Shown: piece after piece, positions 52,186-61,798 of the stretch
How the letters are laid out: every line of letters starts with the position of its first letter
Position numbering within the stretch: the stretch's first letter is position 1
Source of the DNA: Promethearchaeota archaeon
GTDB taxonomy: Archaea > Asgardarchaeota > Lokiarchaeia > Sigyniarchaeales > SOKP01
Reading direction: 5' to 3'
NCBI GenBank assembly: GCA_019058295.1
Contig: JAHPZI010000030.1
Location: forward strand, 32,001-96,000
Length of the DNA stretch: 64,000 nucleotides
The notes under the pieces: generated by a model
What the model was told of the DNA's origin: nothing
The model's input: the letters and a program-made list of their open reading frames with translations, nothing else
Databases searched by the model: none
Made by a program: the position numbers and the translations under genes

Positions 52186-52872
52186 ATGACAAATGAAATA
52201 GTAAAGGAAATTATTTTCCCAGAAAAAGGAACTTTATTGAGAAGAAATGACTCACAAGAGTTAAAAATAACACTAAATCGGGAGGCCATTAAAAGTATAT
52301 TTATTATTAATGGAACAGCGTTTATTACTAAAAATGCGTCTGAGTCAGATCTTATTATAAAATCGAACCATTATTATATGATAATAAATAAGGGGGAAAA
52401 AGAAATTGAAATAAAATATAGTTATAATATATCTAATCACCAGATTATTTACGATCCATACAGATATTTAGATTTAGAGAGAATAAATTTTAAACCAGAG
52501 GATTTTAAGCAAAGATATGAAATTCCTGATGGATATATAGACATGCTTCCTAAATGGTATAGTTTCAAATTTACCTATCCTAAGTATAATCTAATCTTTG
52601 TTAAACCAGAAATGGGACTTTCAATTCAAACTCATAAAATGAGAAATGAATATTGGGAAATTTTAGAAGGAAATCCTATAATAATTAATAACAATAAAGT
52701 TCATTATTATGTGAAAAAAGGTCAAAAATTTGACATTCCAATTAATACCTATCATTCTATTATTAACCCAAATAAAGATCGGGAACAATTTGTGGTGATT
52801 AAAGAATCTTGGAATGGAAATTTCGATGAGGAAGATATTAAGAGGGTGTTTAATCCAAACGAATACAAATAA
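52186..52872 (+). CDS. Cupin protein (type II mannose-6-phosphate-isomerase-like C-terminus)
   Basis: LSIQTH..R.E.W, H.I.N, EEDI.R. Confidence 0.7.
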   Translation: MTNEIVKEIIFPEKGTLLRRNDSQELKITLNREAIKSIFIINGTAFITKNASESDLIIKSNHYYMIINKGEKEIEIKYSYNISNHQIIYDPYRYLDLERINFKPEDFKQRYEIPDGYIDMLPKWYSFKFTYPKYNLIFVKPEMGLSIQTHKMRNEYWEILEGNPIIINNNKVHYYVKKGQKFDIPINTYHSIINPNKDREQFVVIKESWNGNFDEEDIKRVFNPNEYK

Positions 52873-53113
52873 TTTCTATTTTCCCTTAAGAAAAACAGAC
52901 AAATCTTATGATGAAATTTAAAGTTTTAAGGCGTTATAGAATCTTTTCAAAAAATCTTCTTGCTTGCTTTTAAATTTTGTGTTTTTTTCCACTCTTTTTC
53001 TGCCCTCTTTAATAAAATTAAAATTAAACCTTTTACTTATTAGACTAGTATAATAAATTCTATTGGAAAAATAAATTATAATATATAAATTGAATTAAGA
53101 AACTGGTGGAATA

Positions 53114-53632
53114 ATGGCTCCAGATGAAGAAATGGAAGATGGAGAAGGAGAAAAAACAGAAAAAAAAACAGAAGAGAAAGAAATTACTAAAGAATCTGAC
53201 GACCAATTAGACACTGAGGCTGAACTCGATAGATTAAGATTCCATTATAGAGGTCATACCTTAGACGAGTTAAAGAAAATGAATATGGATCAATTTATCC
53301 AATTATTACCCGCAAGGGCAAGACGCTCCTTAAAACGAGGATTACCGCCAAGACAAAAGAAGCTGTTGGAACGATTAAGAAGAGCTTATAGAGCGAAGAA
53401 AAGGGGTAAAGACTTACTCACCAGAACCCATGTACGCGATATGCTCGTGTTTCCTGAGATGGTAGGTCTTAAAATTGGAGTTTATAACGGGATGAAATTT
53501 GAAGTCGTTGAGGTAAAACCAGAAATGATTGGACACTATTTAGGTGAATTTGCCCTTACTCGAAAAAGAATTCAGCACGGTTCTCCCGGAATTGGGGCCA
53601 CAAGAAGTTCAAAATATGTTCCACTAAAATAA
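53114..53632 (+). CDS. rps19: 30S ribosomal protein uS19
   Basis: [32 protein letters not shown]. Confidence 0.96.
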   Translation: MAPDEEMEDGEGEKTEKKTEEKEITKESDDQLDTEAELDRLRFHYRGHTLDELKKMNMDQFIQLLPARARRSLKRGLPPRQKKLLERLRRAYRAKKRGKDLLTRTHVRDMLVFPEMVGLKIGVYNGMKFEVVEVKPEMIGHYLGEFALTRKRIQHGSPGIGATRSSKYVPLK

Positions 53633-53663
53633 TCAAAAATAAAGCTAAATGAGATGGTAAAAA

Positions 53664-54143
53664 ATTCCAAACTGGGGATATTCTTTTACTGAGGAACGAT
53701 GGGACGTTGATCGCATGGCAAAAGCATCAGGCAGGGATATAAGAATAAAACCTAAACATGCGAGAGAGATATGTGCTGTTCTCAAAGGTATGAGATTAGA
53801 CCAAGCCAAAAGCTTTTTAGAGGATGTAATTCAGCTAAAACAATCAGTACCGTTTAGGCGTCATAAGAAAAAACAGGCTCATAGAAAAGATTTAAAACAA
53901 TTTAAATGGTATGCTGGGAGATATCCCCAAAAAGCGGCGGCAAGAATTTACGAAGTTCTTACAACTGTAGAATCTAACGCTGAATATAAAGGTTTAGATG
54001 TCGATTTATGTAGAATTATCCATATTTCAGCGAATAGAGGAAGAATAATAAAAAGATATATTGAACGTGCGCACGGAAGATCGACGCCGAGGAATAGACA
54101 TTTAACTCATCTAGAGATTGTTTTATACGAATTACCTAGTTAG
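53664..54143 (+). CDS. rpl22: 50S ribosomal protein uL22 (ATT start inferred)
   Basis: PNWGYS..., KHAREIC, GRYPQKAA, NAEYKGLD, RAHGRS. Confidence 0.93.
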   Translation: MPNWGYSFTEERWDVDRMAKASGRDIRIKPKHAREICAVLKGMRLDQAKSFLEDVIQLKQSVPFRRHKKKQAHRKDLKQFKWYAGRYPQKAAARIYEVLTTVESNAEYKGLDVDLCRIIHISANRGRIIKRYIERAHGRSTPRNRHLTHLEIVLYELPS

Positions 54144-54219
54144 AATTGTTTTTTAAACAATAAAAATAAAAAAATAAAAAAAATTAAATCAAAAAAATAA
54201 AACTAAAGGTGTAAAAAAG

Positions 54220-55008
54220 ATTCCTTTATCGAAGCATTTTATAGAACAGGGGATTAAGTTAATGCAAATAAATGAATATCTACGGTCTGAATTAGTTCGA
54301 GCAGGATTTGCTGGAATAGACCTTCAAAAAACTCCTCTTGGTGTAAGGATAACTCTTAAAACAAGTCGTCCAGGACTTGTAATTGGCAAAGGAGGTAAGC
54401 GAATACAAGAAATTACTGATGTTCTGCGTGATAAATATGAACTTGAGATGCCACAGATAGAGGTCGAAGAGGTCGCAAATCCTGACCTAGATGCCCAGAT
54501 AATGTCAGAGAGATTGGCATATTCTCTCGACCGTGGTAGACATTATAGGCGTGCGGGCTATTATATCTTAAGAAAAGTAATGGACGCGGGTGCTCGTGGC
54601 GTAGAAATCATTATTTCAGGTAAAGTAACTTCTCAACGAGCCAGAACCCAAATTTTTAGGGCTGGGACAATGAAGAAAAGTGGAATGCCAGCCCAAGAGG
54701 CTGTAGATAAAGGAATCTCTCAATGTATACAGAAGAGCGGAGTTCTTGGTGTTGTAGTGAAAATTATGCACGCTGACTATAAAATGGGTGACGAAGTTAA
54801 AATTAAGGAAAAAGAATTGGAAATGGCTCAAAAACAAGAAGAAGCTAAATTAGCTAAATTAAAACCGAAACCACTGTCTGATGAGGAAATTGAAGAAGAA
54901 GAAATAGAAGGAGCCGTACCTGAAGAGCTTAAAGAATTGATAGAAGAGGTTGACGAGGAAGATATTAAAGAAGTTTCTTTGGAATCCTCTGAAGAAAAAT
55001 CGGAATAA
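54220..55008 (+). CDS. rps3: 30S ribosomal protein uS3 (ATT start inferred)
   Basis: KHFIEQG, RPGLVIGKGG, GARGVEIIISGK. Confidence 0.93.
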   Translation: MPLSKHFIEQGIKLMQINEYLRSELVRAGFAGIDLQKTPLGVRITLKTSRPGLVIGKGGKRIQEITDVLRDKYELEMPQIEVEEVANPDLDAQIMSERLAYSLDRGRHYRRAGYYILRKVMDAGARGVEIIISGKVTSQRARTQIFRAGTMKKSGMPAQEAVDKGISQCIQKSGVLGVVVKIMHADYKMGDEVKIKEKELEMAQKQEEAKLAKLKPKPLSDEEIEEEEIEGAVPEELKELIEEVDEEDIKEVSLESSEEKSE

Positions 55009-55042
55009 ATCTTTTTAAATTATATAGAACAAGAAATAAAAA

Positions 55043-55267
55043 ATGAAGATAGTAAAAGCCGAAGAAATTCGGAATATGGATGATATGGAAAGGGAGAGAA
55101 AATTAGTTGATTTAAGAGAAGAATTAATGTTACTTTATTCTGCGCAAACAGGGGGAGGTATTACCGATAATCCCGCAAAAGCGAAGATATTAAAGAAACA
55201 AATAGCAAGGATCTTAACTATTAAGAACGAAGAGAAAAAATGGCAAGAATGGGCTAGAGAAGAATGA
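55043..55267 (+). CDS. rpl29: 50S ribosomal protein uL29
   Basis: EIRNM, NPAK..ILKKQIARILTI; operon position. Confidence 0.92.
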   Translation: MKIVKAEEIRNMDDMERERKLVDLREELMLLYSAQTGGGITDNPAKAKILKKQIARILTIKNEEKKWQEWAREE

Positions 55268-55569
55268 ATATCAATCCAAAATATTTAATTTATCATGATT
55301 TAATAGGATTATACGCTTATGCAAAACTTATATCAAAACCAAAAAAGAAGATGAATTTCTCAAATATAGGTGTGGTTATTGATGAGTCAAAAAATATGTT
55401 AATTACGGAAAAAAACAATACGATAAAAAAATATATCAAAAAAGATTACATCTTTAGATTTCAACTTTCTAACGAAGATTATAATATGTTGGAAGTATTA
55501 GGGACTAAAATTGTTGGTCGTCCTGAAAATAGATTAAGAAATTTGCGAAAAAAAAGGTGGAAAAAATAA
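55264..55569 (+). CDS. rnp1: RNase P protein Rpp29 (Pop4)
   Basis: HDLIGL, GVVIDESKNML, GRPENR. Confidence 0.9.
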   Translation: MNINPKYLIYHDLIGLYAYAKLISKPKKKMNFSNIGVVIDESKNMLITEKNNTIKKYIKKDYIFRFQLSNEDYNMLEVLGTKIVGRPENRLRNLRKKRWKK

Positions 55570-55570
55570 A

Positions 55571-55909
55571 ATGAGTCGGAACATAGGAGTGCCAGGTGTA
55601 AAACCTCCAAAAACAGGGGAATGCTCAGATACAGAGTGTCCTTTTCATGGGAGTACAAGGATAAGAGGAAAAATTACGAAAGGAGTTGTAGTAAGCAAAA
55701 AATCAAAGAATACCGTAATTATTAGAAGAGATTACATGCAATTTATTAGAAAATATCAGCGATACGAACGACGTAACACTCGTCTTGCTTGTCACTTACC
55801 AGAATGCTTGTGGCATGAAATTGAAGTTGGAGACACGGTGAGAGTTGGTGAATCTCGAAAAATATCAAAAACAAAAGCATTTATTGTATTAGAGAAAATC
55901 TCAAGTTAA
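55571..55909 (+). CDS. rps17: 30S ribosomal protein uS17
   Basis: RNIG, CPFHG, KYQRYERR, SKTKAF. Confidence 0.95.
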   Translation: MSRNIGVPGVKPPKTGECSDTECPFHGSTRIRGKITKGVVVSKKSKNTVIIRRDYMQFIRKYQRYERRNTRLACHLPECLWHEIEVGDTVRVGESRKISKTKAFIVLEKISS

Positions 55910-55921
55910 GGTGCAAACTAA

Positions 55922-56347
55922 ATGGGAACTCGAAGAAAATTAGGAAGGAAAAGGGTGACAAAAGCTCGAACAAGCTATGGATTACAAAATGGTTCAAAAG
56001 TGCTTATCGCAGATAATTCGGGTGCTAAAATTGCCCAAATTATTAATGTTGATCATACTAAAACGCGATTAAGGCGATTACCTAAAGCAACTATAGGTAA
56101 TATAGTAACTGTTACTGTTAAACGAGGTAAACCAGAACTTCGAGGCAGCATTCTCAAGGCCGTAATTGTCCGACAAAAGAGGATTTATCGTCGAATAGAT
56201 GGCACAAGATTATGTTTTGAAGATAACGCCGCCGTTCTTGTGACAAAAGAAGGTGAACCAAAAGGGACAGAAATTAGAGGCCCGATTGCTCGAGAAGCAG
56301 CAGAAATGTTTCCTAGGCTTGCTTCAATATCAAGTTTAATAATTTAA
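55922..56347 (+). CDS. rpl14: 50S ribosomal protein uL14
   Basis: ADNSGAK, GKPELR, FEDNAAV, KGTEIRGP. Confidence 0.96.
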   Translation: MGTRRKLGRKRVTKARTSYGLQNGSKVLIADNSGAKIAQIINVDHTKTRLRRLPKATIGNIVTVTVKRGKPELRGSILKAVIVRQKRIYRRIDGTRLCFEDNAAVLVTKEGEPKGTEIRGPIAREAAEMFPRLASISSLII

Positions 56348-56368
56348 AATTTAATAAGTGTAAAAAAC

Positions 56369-56812
56369 ATGAAAGTTAAATCTAAAAAACCTGGTAAGCA
56401 AAGAAAAGCTCTTTATAAATATAAAAATCATCAACGGTCGAAATTATTAACTTGTCGATTAGCTGATTTTCTTCGAGAAGAATTTGGAATAATAAGAATA
56501 CCCTTGCGTGTGGGCGACAGCGTTAGAGTGTGTTCTGGGGAATTCAGAGATTTTGAGGGCGAAGTGTTAGAAATTACTAAAAATTTAAGAGTTAAAGTTA
56601 AGGAATGTGTCTTTGATAAAGCGGATGGGACACAATTTCATCCAACTATTCATGTTTCTAATCTAGTTATAACTAAGTTTAGAAAAATTGGGAAGAAAAT
56701 GGATGGTTGGCGCTCTGCTATGATTGAAAAAAAGGCAGGATTTATATGGGAAGAGGAATTGGTGGGTCCAAAGAAAGGAGAAAAGGGAAAAGGAAAGGGA
56801 GAGGAGGAATAA
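56369..56812 (+). CDS. rpl24: 50S ribosomal protein uL24
   Basis: SKKPGKQRK, RVGDSVRV..G, IHVSNLVIT. Confidence 0.94.
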   Translation: MKVKSKKPGKQRKALYKYKNHQRSKLLTCRLADFLREEFGIIRIPLRVGDSVRVCSGEFRDFEGEVLEITKNLRVKVKECVFDKADGTQFHPTIHVSNLVITKFRKIGKKMDGWRSAMIEKKAGFIWEEELVGPKKGEKGKGKGEEE

Positions 56813-56815
56813 ATA

Positions 56816-57571
56816 ATGACAAGGCATGGAGGACAAAAAGTATTAAAAAGATTAAATACACCAAAATTTTTGCAAATAAAACGAAAACATGGGAAATTTT
56901 TTTTAAAATCATATCCTGGACCTCATCCATCTAGATTTTGTTTACCGCTCTTACATATAGTAAGAGATCTTCTTGAAATTGTTGATAATCATCGAGAAGC
57001 AAAAAAATTGATAAATCTTGGTCATTTTAAAGTTGATGGTAAAGTTATTAGACATAAAAATTATCCTGTTGGTTTAATGGATGTCTTAAGTATTGAAAAA
57101 ATTAATAAACATTACCGAATACTTCCAGATTCTCATTATGGTTTATTTTTACATGAAATACCAGAAGCAGAAAGTACTTTCAAATTATGCAGAATAAATC
57201 AAAAAACTACTGTTAAAGGAGGTCATGTTCAATTAAACCTACACGATGGAAGAAATGTTTTACTAAGAGTAAAGGATCCAAGAAATCCCAAAGAAGATGT
57301 TTATAAAAGGATGGATGTCTTAAAAATTTCTATTCCTGACCAAGAAATTCTTAAAAATCTGAAATTTAAAGAAAATAATTTAGCTCTCATAATGTCTGGT
57401 AAAAATATCGGACAAATAGGAAAAATAATAAATATTAAAAAATTATTTGGACCAAAAGCAAGTACGGTTTCAATTGAACATAATGGAGATCATACGGAAA
57501 CTTTGTATGATTATACCTTCGTTATAGGCGAAGATCAATCAGAAATAAATTTACCTAAAATTCAAATATAA
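56816..57571 (+). CDS. rps4e: 30S ribosomal protein eS4
   Basis: LKRL, PGPH, YPVGLMDV, QLNLHDGRN. Confidence 0.96.
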   Translation: MTRHGGQKVLKRLNTPKFLQIKRKHGKFFLKSYPGPHPSRFCLPLLHIVRDLLEIVDNHREAKKLINLGHFKVDGKVIRHKNYPVGLMDVLSIEKINKHYRILPDSHYGLFLHEIPEAESTFKLCRINQKTTVKGGHVQLNLHDGRNVLLRVKDPRNPKEDVYKRMDVLKISIPDQEILKNLKFKENNLALIMSGKNIGQIGKIINIKKLFGPKASTVSIEHNGDHTETLYDYTFVIGEDQSEINLPKIQI

Positions 57572-57591
57572 GAAAATAAGTGAGAATTTAA

Positions 57592-58173
57592 ATGTCATCC
57601 AAAGCCAAAAAGACTCAAAAAACTGATTTTGAGGAAATATGGAAAAATCCAATGAAAAGGCCATTTCTTGAGAAAATTGTACTAAATATAGGTGTTGGTG
57701 CTGGTGGCGAGGAATTAGAAAGGGCGACATCCGTTTTAGAAACTATTACAGGTAAAAAAGCTGTAAAAACAATATCAAAAAGAAATATTAAAGAGTTCAA
57801 TTTAAGAATAGGGCGCCCCATAGGGACCAAAATAACAGTTCGAGGAAAGGAGGCCGAAACATTATTAAAAAGATTATTGATTGTAACTAACAATAAGATA
57901 CTCAAAAAAAGTTTCGATAATTATGGAAATTTTGGATTTGGAATAACAGAACATATTTCGATTCCTGGCATCGAATATGATACGGAAATTGGAATATATG
58001 GATTGGATGTTTGTGGAAAAATCGTGAGACCTGGAATGAGAGTAAAATATAGAAGGAATAAACGATCTAAAATCACAAAGCATCACTATGTTTCTAAATT
58101 GGAAGCCCAAGAATTTCTTAATAAAAAATTTAATGTCTCAATAGTGAAAGAGCTCGATTTAGAATTTGTGTGA
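57592..58173 (+). CDS. rpl5: 50S ribosomal protein uL5
   Basis: NPM, KIVLNIGVG, GNFGFGITEHI. Confidence 0.96.
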   Translation: MSSKAKKTQKTDFEEIWKNPMKRPFLEKIVLNIGVGAGGEELERATSVLETITGKKAVKTISKRNIKEFNLRIGRPIGTKITVRGKEAETLLKRLLIVTNNKILKKSFDNYGNFGFGITEHISIPGIEYDTEIGIYGLDVCGKIVRPGMRVKYRRNKRSKITKHHYVSKLEAQEFLNKKFNVSIVKELDLEFV

Positions 58174-58212
58174 ATAAATAATTAAAAAAAAATAAAAAAA
58201 CAAGGAAAACAT

Positions 58213-58362
58213 ATGCCGCAAGGAAAAGATTTTGGTAAGGGAAGAAGGGAGTGTAGAAGATGTGGAACACATAGAGCTATAATTAGGCGCTATGGGTTAA
58301 ATATTTGTCGGAGATGTTTTTATGAAATCGGCAAAGATATTGGATTTAAACGTTATGAATAA
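58213..58362 (+). CDS. rps14: 30S ribosomal protein uS14 (49 aa; not in ORF track)
   Basis: [49 protein letters not shown]. Confidence 0.95.
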   Translation: MPQGKDFGKGRRECRRCGTHRAIIRRYGLNICRRCFYEIGKDIGFKRYE

Positions 58363-58576
58363 AAGCAACTCTCTTTTATAACTCTTAAGTAATAGAATCT
58401 CTAATTTGGGGCATACTATTTATTTGTCGCTAAAATGAAGGATTACTTTTATTAAATTTCAGTTTTGCTATTCTTATATTTGTTTTTATTAATTTTAATA
58501 AAGTTAAAATTTTATCGATTATTTACCTTTAGTATCAGAATGAAAGATCATGAGATTAAAAGGAGGTCTTCTGTAA

Positions 58577-58960
58577 TTGGTAAATACACTCGCTGATGCA
58601 ATGAATATGCTGAAAAATGCTGAATTTGCTAAAAAGAAAGAAGTAATTATAACCCCTGCCTCAAAGTTACTTCAAAGAGTTTTAAGAATTTTTCAAGCAA
58701 ATGCATATATAGGTGAATTCGAACGTTATGACGATGGACGACAAGGTAAATTCAAAATAGCATTGTTAGGAAAAATCAATGAATGCAAGGCCTTGATGCG
58801 CTTAAATTATAAAGTTAACCAATTAGAAGCATTGGAGAGAAAGTTACTTCCCGCTCCTGGTTTAGGTTTAATTATTTTGACCACAAATCAAGGAATAATT
58901 AGTTCAAAAGAAGCTGAAGAAAAAAGTATCGGTGGACATTCTTTATGTTATATATATTAA
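58577..58960 (+). CDS. rps8: 30S ribosomal protein uS8
   Basis: NTLADAM, GEFE..DDGR.G, LTTNQG; TTG start with AGGAGGT SD. Confidence 0.95.
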   Translation: MVNTLADAMNMLKNAEFAKKKEVIITPASKLLQRVLRIFQANAYIGEFERYDDGRQGKFKIALLGKINECKALMRLNYKVNQLEALERKLLPAPGLGLIILTTNQGIISSKEAEEKSIGGHSLCYIY

Positions 58961-58983
58961 ATAAATTATTGGGTTAAGGAAAA

Positions 58984-59565
58984 ATGGTAAAAATTGCCTA
59001 TTTTAGTGAAACACTGGAGATTCCTAAGGGAGTAGATGTTGAAATTAAAGGGGATAATTTAATTATAGTAAAAGGACCTAATGGAGGACCAATTTCTAAA
59101 GATTTTTCGCATGCTAGAGGTATAAAGATATCAATTGAAAAAAATAAAATTATATTCAGTTCACATTTTCCAAAAAACAAAACTGTTGCCTTAGCAAAAA
59201 CAATCATGAATATTATTCACAATTTAATTGTTGGTGTGCAGACTCCGTATAAGTATATATCAAAAATTTGTTACTCTCATTTCCCGTTTACTGTTCGGGC
59301 TGATGAAAGAGCTCAAATATTATTTGTAGAAAATTTTTTAGGAGAAAGAGCACCAAGAAAAGCAATAATAGAAAAAAATGTAAAAATAAAAGTCGAAGAG
59401 GATGACATCATCCTTGAAGGGCCTGACAAAGAGTCTCTAGGCCAAACGGCGGCTAATTTAAAAAGATGTTGCAGAATTCGTAAAAAAGATCCAAGGGTAT
59501 TTCAGGACGGCGTTTATTTGTATAAGAAACAAATTGGGAATGAAATAATATGGCAAATTAAGTAA
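58984..59565 (+). CDS. rpl6: 50S ribosomal protein uL6
   Basis: YSHFP, NFLGERAPR, KDPRVFQDGVY. Confidence 0.96.
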   Translation: MVKIAYFSETLEIPKGVDVEIKGDNLIIVKGPNGGPISKDFSHARGIKISIEKNKIIFSSHFPKNKTVALAKTIMNIIHNLIVGVQTPYKYISKICYSHFPFTVRADERAQILFVENFLGERAPRKAIIEKNVKIKVEEDDIILEGPDKESLGQTAANLKRCCRIRKKDPRVFQDGVYLYKKQIGNEIIWQIK

Positions 59566-59581
59566 AGGTATGGTAATAATT

Positions 59582-60082
59582 ATGTCAGAAAAAGAGAGAT
59601 TATTGGAGATTCGAAAACGGATGAAAAAAAAACGCCCCTCATTTAGACGAGTTGAATCATGGCGATATGATAGAGTTAAGGATTCGTGGAGAAAAGCACG
59701 AGGCATAGATTCACAAACACGAAAAAAGACTAAAACAGGCGTAAAATCTCCTTCAGCTGGATATAGAAGTCCTAAAAAAATACGAGGTTTACATCCATCT
59801 GGATACCAAGAAGTAAGAATAAATAATAAAAATGATATAGAGATGTTAAATTTAAGTCCTAATAAACATGCTATAAAGATTTCTGGCAGGTTAGGATCAA
59901 AAAAACGATTAGATTTAATAGATTACGCTCAGAAAAGAAATTTCTATATACTTAATCTAGGCATTTCTCAAAAGGAAATGGAAGAATTTGAAGCTATGCT
60001 CGAAGACGAAGACTTTCTTGATGAGGAAGATTTAGAAGATGAAGATTTTCTTGATGAGGAAGATCTTGATTTAGACGAATAA
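59582..60082 (+). CDS. rpl32e: 50S ribosomal protein eL32 with acidic tail
   Basis: RPSFRR, WRKARGIDS, GLHPSG. Confidence 0.95.
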   Translation: MSEKERLLEIRKRMKKKRPSFRRVESWRYDRVKDSWRKARGIDSQTRKKTKTGVKSPSAGYRSPKKIRGLHPSGYQEVRINNKNDIEMLNLSPNKHAIKISGRLGSKKRLDLIDYAQKRNFYILNLGISQKEMEEFEAMLEDEDFLDEEDLEDEDFLDEEDLDLDE

Positions 60083-60112
60083 GAAATTTATTAAAAATGG
60101 AGTGATGACAAA

Positions 60113-60568
60113 ATGAATTTAAGCGCTCAGAGGAGAATGGCAGCGGATATATTAAAGTGTGGTGTAAATCGAGTCTATTTTGACCCATACCTCGGAGATG
60201 AGATAGCTATGGCTATCACAAGGGAGGATATTCGTAACCTAATTAAAGAGGGAATTATTCAAAAAGCCTATAAAAAAGGGACTTCAAATTATAGAAAAAA
60301 AATTCGGCATCAAAGAAAGATAAAAGGAAGAGGAAGAGGGTTCGGAAAAAGAAAAGGAACCAAAAATGCTCGATTTCCTAAAAAAAGAGCTTGGATTCGA
60401 AGAATCAGACCAATTAGGTCTCATTTAAAGAAACTAAGAGATCGAAAATTGATAACGATAAGCACTTATAGAAAATTGTATAAAAATGCTAAAGGTGGTA
60501 TGTTTAATAGCGTATCTCAACTAAATCGTTATATTAAAGACAAAGAATTATTGAGAAGAGGGAGATAA
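60113..60568 (+). CDS. rpl19e: 50S ribosomal protein eL19
   Basis: QRRMAADILKCG, ITREDIR, GKRKGTKNAR. Confidence 0.96.
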   Translation: MNLSAQRRMAADILKCGVNRVYFDPYLGDEIAMAITREDIRNLIKEGIIQKAYKKGTSNYRKKIRHQRKIKGRGRGFGKRKGTKNARFPKKRAWIRRIRPIRSHLKKLRDRKLITISTYRKLYKNAKGGMFNSVSQLNRYIKDKELLRRGR

Positions 60569-60569
60569 A

Positions 60570-61166
60570 ATGGCTCACGGCGGTCCACGATATAGAAGAT
60601 CCTTTAGAAGACGGGAACAAGGTAAAACAAATTATCATAAAAGATTGAAATTATTAAAATCAAAACAGTTGAGATTAGTTATCAGAGCCTCTAATAATCA
60701 TATCAGAATTCAATTTATCCAATCTATTCGTGGTGGTGATAAAATATTAATCTCCACTTTTTCCAAGGAGTTATCTATAAAATTTGGATTTAATGCCAAT
60801 ACTGGCAATATTCCAGCAGCATATTTAACAGGTTATTTAGCAGGTCTAAGAGCAAAAAAAGCAAAAATTGAAGCTGCCATACTTGATCTGGGAATATTTT
60901 ATCATAGAAATCGTGTTCTTGCTGCTATTAAAGGAGTTTTGAAAGCAGGTATTAATATTCCTCATAGCGAAGAATTTTTCCCAGATAGTTTAGAAGAAAG
61001 AATTAATGGTTCTCATATTGAAAATTACGCAAAACTATTAAAACAAAACGAGCCAGAAAAATACAATCAAGTTTTCTCGGGATACTTGAATAAAAAGAAA
61101 ATTGATCCTTCAAAATTAAATCAAATCTTTTCAAATACTTTAAATATGATTGAAAATAACGCTTAA
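60570..61166 (+). CDS. rpl18: 50S ribosomal protein uL18
   Basis: RRREQGKTNY, NIPAAYLTG, AILDLG. Confidence 0.96.
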   Translation: MAHGGPRYRRSFRRREQGKTNYHKRLKLLKSKQLRLVIRASNNHIRIQFIQSIRGGDKILISTFSKELSIKFGFNANTGNIPAAYLTGYLAGLRAKKAKIEAAILDLGIFYHRNRVLAAIKGVLKAGINIPHSEEFFPDSLEERINGSHIENYAKLLKQNEPEKYNQVFSGYLNKKKIDPSKLNQIFSNTLNMIENNA

Positions 61167-61182
61167 TTCCATAATGATAAAA

Positions 61183-61794
61183 ATGAGTCGAATAAGAGAG
61201 GAAGAATTGTGGATTCCAAAGACTAAGCTAGGCGAATTAGTAAAAGAAGGTCTGATAGACCTAAAAAGAATTTTCCAAAATAACTTAGTTGTTAAAGAGA
61301 AAGAAATTATCGATATATTATTACCACAACTTCGTGAAGACGTAGTGACAATAAAAATGATTCAAAAAATGACGGCATCTGGACAAAGATCTAGATTTAA
61401 AGCTGTTGTACTCGTGGGTTCTGATGGCTTTTTGGGTGTTAGCGCAGCAAAAAGTAGAGAAGTGGGACCAGCAATCAGAAAAGCAATAGATAAAGCAAAA
61501 CTTTCCGTAGTTCCAATTTTAACAGGTTGTGGTAGTAAAGAATGTGGATGTGGTGGAAGCCACAGTATCCCTTTTAAAGTTATAGGAAAATGCGGAAGCG
61601 TAAGGATTCAACTCATTCCTGCCCCGGCGGGAGTAGGATTAGCATGTGCAGATAAAGTTAAACAAGTCTTAAAGTTATGCGGTATTGAAGATATCTGGAG
61701 TAAAACTTTTGGAGATACTCGAACCAGCGAAAATCTAGTAAAAGCTACTTTTGACGCACTTAAAAATGCTCATAAATTTAATTTTAATATTTAA
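61183..61794 (+). CDS. rps5: 30S ribosomal protein uS5
   Basis: WIPKTKLG, GQRSRF, HSIPFKV.GKCGSV. Confidence 0.96.
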   Translation: MSRIREEELWIPKTKLGELVKEGLIDLKRIFQNNLVVKEKEIIDILLPQLREDVVTIKMIQKMTASGQRSRFKAVVLVGSDGFLGVSAAKSREVGPAIRKAIDKAKLSVVPILTGCGSKECGCGGSHSIPFKVIGKCGSVRIQLIPAPAGVGLACADKVKQVLKLCGIEDIWSKTFGDTRTSENLVKATFDALKNAHKFNFNI

Positions 61795-61798
61795 TTGA

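Noticed and set aside
52915-53010. Short minus-strand ORF (…VEKNTKFKSKQEDFLKRFYNALKL)
   Set aside because: Too short, no clear start, no recognisable motif
58550-58585. Second BHB intron at the S8 5' end (GAUU/AAUU helix would give MRLINTL)
   Set aside because: No flush flanking helices, and a strong SD supports the TTG start
243-60188. Short overlapping or antisense ORFs in the track (for example 6648-6926, 8826-9176, 18955-19311, 19370-19660)
   Set aside because: Shadows of well-supported genes
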